Assembly: GCA_017495115.1 (NCBI GenBank) | Contig: JAFEIJ010000015.1 | Coordinates: forward strand, 73,481-137,480 | Length of the DNA: 64,000 bases | Direction of reading: 5' to 3' | From: Chitinophagaceae bacterium | GTDB taxonomy: Bacteria; Bacteroidota; Bacteroidia; Chitinophagales; JADJOU01 | Part shown: piece after piece, positions 60,464 to 64,000 of the stretch | Layout of the letters: each line of letters begins with the position of its first letter | How positions within the stretch are numbered: position 1 is the first letter of the stretch | Position numbers and translations under genes: made by a program | The notes under the pieces: model-generated | What the model was told of the DNA's origin: nothing | Databases searched by the model: none | The model's input: only the letters and a program-made list of their open reading frames with translations

Positions 60464-60569
60464 ATAACTATTTTTTTTTACAAATATAGACGGGTATAAT
60501 TTAATGGTTTCAAAAAATATTAGTAGAAGCTTTAAATAAAGAAATTTAGTTCATTTGTTAAAAATATAA

Positions 60570-60602
60570 CAAAAAAAATGCGAAACCTTTCGATTTCGCA
60601 TT
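60570..60602 (-). terminator. intrinsic terminator after tRNA-Val
   Basis: AATGCGAAA / TTTCGCATT forms a 9-bp stem with an 8-nt loop, followed on the minus strand by a U-run. It starts 9 nt after the tRNA 3' end. Confidence 0.75.
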
Positions 60603-60610
60603 AAAATAAG

Positions 60611-60685
60611 TGGGCTCTACTGGATTCGAACCAGTGACCCTCTGCTTGTAAGGCAGATGCTCTGAACCAGCTGAGCTAAGAACCC
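60611..60685 (-). tRNA. tRNA-Val (anticodon TAC)
   Basis: The reverse complement is GGGTTCTTAGCTCAGCTGGTTCAGAGCATCTGCCTTACAAGCAGAGGGTCACTGGTTCGAATCCAGTAGAGCCCA. It has a 7-bp acceptor stem, the D-loop AGCTCAGCTGG, the anticodon loop CTTACAA and the T-loop GGTTCGAATCC. No CCA is encoded. Confidence 0.9.
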
Positions 60686-60799
60686 CTTTCTCGTTTTGAG
60701 AGTGCAAATATAAAGGTTATTTTTTAATTTCAATGTTTTTTTTAGTATTTTGTTTCAAAAATTTTACAACCTATTCATTATCATTAAGAAAAAAAATGA

Positions 60800-61525
60800 T
60801 TATTTTTTTGAATCTCGTATTTCTCGCTTCCAATATTCATATACTTTATCCGGATTTTTTATAGAAAACCATAACCATTCGTAATATAAATTGCGTTTTT
60901 CGAGCGCATTTAAGTATATTTCTTTATGATGACTTCGTACTCGTTCATTGATATGATAGCCCATTAACGCTGCAGCAACTGAAACATTATAACTTTCGGT
61001 AAAACCATACATCGGAATTTGAATAAAACCATCAGCATGAGCCATTACTTCATCGGAAACACCTGCATGTTCATTTCCTAAAACTATGGCTAATGGTTTA
61101 TCTATAGGCACTGTTTCGGGCGTAAAATTATTTTCATTATGAAGCGTACTGGCAAAAACTCGATAACCTTTGGATTTTAAATCTTGAATACAATCTACAC
61201 TTCCATTGGATTCAGGATAATTATAAATATGTGTCCAATTAAATGCGCCTCTGGTAATGGCTCTATTTCTCTTCAATGTCCCTTCAAATGGTATATTGTA
61301 AAAATCTTGAAAACCAAGACATTCAGAGGTTCGAACAACAGCATGAACATTATGATCATCTAATAATTTTTCCGCTACAAAGCAGCAATATTTTGTTCGC
61401 TGTTCTATGGTTTTCTTTAAAATTTCTTGCCGTTCTATAGTAATCATGGTTAATATGAAATCCATCAAATCAGGATTAAATGTCGTTCGATAAGGCAAAA
61501 AACTATCCGTATTTTTTATTGGCAT
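60800..61525 (-). CDS. trmH: SpoU/TrmH-family RNA 2'-O-methyltransferase
   Basis: HNVHAVVRTSECLG and LGNEHAGVSDEVMAHADGFIQIPMYGFTESYNVSVAAAL. The true start may be an internal Met, because the ORF overlaps the mtaB end by 10 nt. Confidence 0.75.
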   Translation of the reverse strand: MPIKNTDSFLPYRTTFNPDLMDFILTMITIERQEILKKTIEQRTKYCCFVAEKLLDDHNVHAVVRTSECLGFQDFYNIPFEGTLKRNRAITRGAFNWTHIYNYPESNGSVDCIQDLKSKGYRVFASTLHNENNFTPETVPIDKPLAIVLGNEHAGVSDEVMAHADGFIQIPMYGFTESYNVSVAAALMGYHINERVRSHHKEIYLNALEKRNLYYEWLWFSIKNPDKVYEYWKREIRDSKK

Positions 61526-62832
61526 ATATTTCCATTCACATATAGCAAAGGATGAACTTCATTTAAATGAACATTTTTTATCGAATTTTGAAGATTTTCT
61601 TCAAAAGGAATTCGAACTCTAATGTAATTAGGCGAATATCCATTTATAAAACCATTATCATTTTCTTGTTCAAACAAAACGGGATATTCTTTATTCAAAT
61701 GGTTTTCATAAAAAGCACGTTTCAATTTATCGCTTAAAATTCTAAAACGTTTATTTCGGTTTCTTCGAACTTCTATAGGAACCTGTATTTCTGATTTTGC
61801 AGCTCGCGTGTTCAATCTTTCTGAATATGTAAAGACATGAAGGTATGAAATATCTAAACTATTAACAAAAGCATAGCTTTCTTCAAAAAAGTCATCCGTT
61901 TCCTCAGGAAATCCAACAATGACATCGACACCTATAGCCGCATGAGGTATTTTATTTCGAATATAAGCAATTCTATTTCGATATAATTCGGTATTATACT
62001 TTCGATGCATAGCCTCCAAAATTGTATCCGAACCACTTTGTAAAGGAATATGAAAATGGGGCATTAACTTTTTGCTTTGAGCTACCAAATCAATGATTTC
62101 TTCGGTTAAAAGATTGGGTTCAATCGATGAAATACGAATTCTTACACCATCTTCAATAGCATCAATACATTTAAGAAAATCATACAAAGATTCCTCCGTA
62201 CGATTTTTACCATCTTCCGTTTTACCAAAATCACCTGTATTGACTCCTGTTAAAACTATTTCTTTTACACCTGTAGCAGCCGCTTTTTTATAAATTTCAA
62301 TGGTTTTGTCCACACTTTGACTTCGACTTCGGCCACGAGCTAGAGGAATGGTACAAAACGTACAAAAATAATCACAACCATCTTGAATTTTCAAAAACGT
62401 ACGCGTACGATCTCCAGATGAAAATGTTGGATAAAACTCGTTAACGGCTTTAATATCGCCAGAAAACACTTTTTGTTGATATTGGTCCATTTGATCTAAA
62501 TGGGTTACCAATTTATACTTATCTGAAGTACCTAAAACTAAATCGACTCCATCTATGGAAGCTATTTCCTCTGGTTTTAATTGTGCATAACATCCAATAA
62601 TAACAACTTTTGATTCTGGAGCTTTTCGCTTAACTTGACGCACTAAAAATTTACATTCTTTATCCGCATTTTCGGTAACACTACACGTATTTATCACATA
62701 AAAATCAGCCAATTCTGTAAAATCAACCTTAGAGTAACCTCCATCAATAGCTAAGTTAGCCAAACTTGAAGTTTCACTATAATTGAGCTTACATCCTAAT
62801 GTATGAAAGGCTATTTTTCGATTGTATTGCAT
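61516..62832 (-). CDS. mtaB: radical-SAM methylthiotransferase, MtaB-type
   Basis: It has the UPF0004 N-terminal domain (FHTLGCKLNYSE...NTCSVT), the radical-SAM cluster motif CDYFCTFCTIP and a C-terminal TRAM-like region. Confidence 0.85.
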   Translation of the reverse strand: MQYNRKIAFHTLGCKLNYSETSSLANLAIDGGYSKVDFTELADFYVINTCSVTENADKECKFLVRQVKRKAPESKVVIIGCYAQLKPEEIASIDGVDLVLGTSDKYKLVTHLDQMDQYQQKVFSGDIKAVNEFYPTFSSGDRTRTFLKIQDGCDYFCTFCTIPLARGRSRSQSVDKTIEIYKKAAATGVKEIVLTGVNTGDFGKTEDGKNRTEESLYDFLKCIDAIEDGVRIRISSIEPNLLTEEIIDLVAQSKKLMPHFHIPLQSGSDTILEAMHRKYNTELYRNRIAYIRNKIPHAAIGVDVIVGFPEETDDFFEESYAFVNSLDISYLHVFTYSERLNTRAAKSEIQVPIEVRRNRNKRFRILSDKLKRAFYENHLNKEYPVLFEQENDNGFINGYSPNYIRVRIPFEENLQNSIKNVHLNEVHPLLYVNGNICQ

Positions 62833-62833
62833 G

Positions 62834-63793
62834 CTAAATTTCTATATAGTTAAATGTATAGTTTTTAATTTTATATTTCTTCTTTAACGCTTCATCTTGA
62901 ATGGCATTGGGTTTAAATCCACTGTAATAAACTTCTACTTTCTTCTCATCAAATTGAATTTCTTTAGATTGAATAATACAAGTATTAGAACCTATAGCTT
63001 CATTTAAATAACTTTCAATATTATGCGTGGCAATAGCTTTTTTTAGCAATGTAGAAGAAAAATAAACACCTGAAATAAAAATAATTAAAGTTAAACTATA
63101 AACTAAAATCTGAAATTTTTTTGACAACTTGTTTTGTTGTATCCCAACAATAAAACTTAAGAAGTAAGCTCCGAATATAATAAAAAATAAAATAACTAAA
63201 AAGATATACAAAGCTTGGTGTACCAAATGAAAATCACTATGAATCAAACCAAAACCTACTATTGCTAATGGTATAATAATCCCTGTCGCAATGCTAACTG
63301 CAATCATCATCACTTGAAATCGATTTTTAAGAATAGATACAAATCCAGCTATACCACCTAAAAAGGCTACCAAAATCTCGGAAAATGAGACATTTGCAAC
63401 TTTTAAAATATTGACATCCGAAATATAAATCGGAGTAATATAAAAATATAGAATACTTACAAAAATCGAGATTAGTAAAACAATTAAAATCGTTTTGATT
63501 GATTGATGTATAATCTCTAAATCTTTAATAAATAAACCATAACCTAGAGCATAAAAAGAAAGCAGGAAAGGAAATAATAATAGGCCGCCAAATAACGCCA
63601 TATATGAACTGGTATTTAAACCAATACAAACTAAAAGTACCGATACTAACAATCCTATTAGTTGTTCTTTACGAATACTAGATTGAATTTTCATTCTTTC
63701 ATGAATCGATTTCGATAAATCCTCAATATTTATGTTTAATAATTTTTGAATTTGAATCTGAATGTTTTGCACTTTTTTAAATTTAAAATACAA
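62834..63793 (-). CDS. multi-pass membrane protein (possibly DUF389 family)
   Basis: There are about 6-7 hydrophobic helices. The family assignment rests only on a loose resemblance (GGLLLFPFL...GYGL). Confidence 0.35.
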   Translation of the reverse strand: MYFKFKKVQNIQIQIQKLLNINIEDLSKSIHERMKIQSSIRKEQLIGLLVSVLLVCIGLNTSSYMALFGGLLLFPFLLSFYALGYGLFIKDLEIIHQSIKTILIVLLISIFVSILYFYITPIYISDVNILKVANVSFSEILVAFLGGIAGFVSILKNRFQVMMIAVSIATGIIIPLAIVGFGLIHSDFHLVHQALYIFLVILFFIIFGAYFLSFIVGIQQNKLSKKFQILVYSLTLIIFISGVYFSSTLLKKAIATHNIESYLNEAIGSNTCIIQSKEIQFDEKKVEVYYSGFKPNAIQDEALKKKYKIKNYTFNYIEI

Positions 63794-63899
63794 AAATAAG
63801 ATTTTTTAAGCAAATGTTAGATTTAGTATACTTCATTATATTTAAAAATTAAAAAAATGTATTTGAATTCTTTTTGAAAATATCAACAAATTAGAAAAA

Positions 63900-63932
63900 C
63901 AAAAAAAGCCTCTGCAATAAATTGCAAAGGCT
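63900..63932 (-). terminator. intrinsic terminator after tRNA-Ala
   Basis: GCCTCTGCAA-TAAA-TTGCAAAGGC forms a 10-bp stem (one G:U on the minus-strand RNA), followed on the minus strand by U7. Confidence 0.75.
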
Positions 63933-63944
63933 TGGAAATACTAG

Positions 63945-64000
63945 TGGAGGCGACAGGAGTCGAACCTGCGACCCTCTGCGTGCAAGGCAGATGCTCTAGC
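63945..64000 (-). tRNA. tRNA-Ala (anticodon TGC), 5' part cut by the window edge
   Basis: The reverse complement is ...GCTAGAGCATCTGCCTTGCACGCAGAGGGTCGCAGGTTCGACTCCTGTCGCCTCCA. The anticodon loop is CTTGCAC and the T-loop is GGTTCGACTCC. Confidence 0.85.

Noticed and set aside
63945-64000. tRNA-Ala(TGC) as part of an rRNA operon spacer
   Set aside because: On the minus strand it is followed immediately by a strong intrinsic terminator (63900-63932) and a membrane-protein gene, not by 23S rRNA. It is a stand-alone tRNA gene as far as the window shows.

Overview
This window is an AT-rich chromosomal segment from a Bacteroidota organism, probably of Flavobacteriia type. The lineage call rests on four things: a PorX-type response regulator, a PorW/SprE-like lipoprotein, a PorV/PorQ-like porin, and a 1939-aa cargo protein with a type-B T9SS C-terminal domain. 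TAnnTTTG -7 promoter boxes also sit in front of many genes. I can support about 55 protein-coding genes, one complete tRNA-Val(TAC), one edge-truncated tRNA-Ala(TGC) and three intrinsic terminators. No rRNA, CRISPR array, transposase, integrase or prophage genes are visible.

Most of the window is housekeeping: lptF/G-like, msbA-like, a polyprenyl synthase, an acyl-CoA carboxyltransferase, cinA, gdhA, ftsK, maf, mtaB and trmH. Three regions stand out.

1. 28390-30125 is a 1.7-kb non-coding array built from shuffled hairpin modules of a single family. It holds 12 large and 4 small hairpins, ends in 2.2 near-identical 256-bp tandem units, and has a 99-aa stand-alone GIY-YIG nuclease gene nested between two inverted hairpins. 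I read this as a candidate nuclease-plus-hairpin-repeat selfish system, analogous in logic to REP/RAYT. That reading is inference.

2. 30205-45070 is a glycan locus. It has a YfhO-type GT-C protein but no Wzx, Wzy or initiating transferase. Its tightly packed CDP-hexose operon (rfbF, rfbG, RfbC-like epimerase, TylC3-like C-methyltransferase, SDR reductase) carries five methyltransferase genes in total.

3. Inside that operon, a DUF4160/DUF2442 two-gene cassette is flanked by an 81-bp direct repeat. Four of the six differences between the repeat copies are synonymous third-position changes in the oxidoreductase reading frame, which points to a recombination scar between diverged alleles.

All calls come from reading the sequence and the supplied ORF translations. 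No database searches were run.
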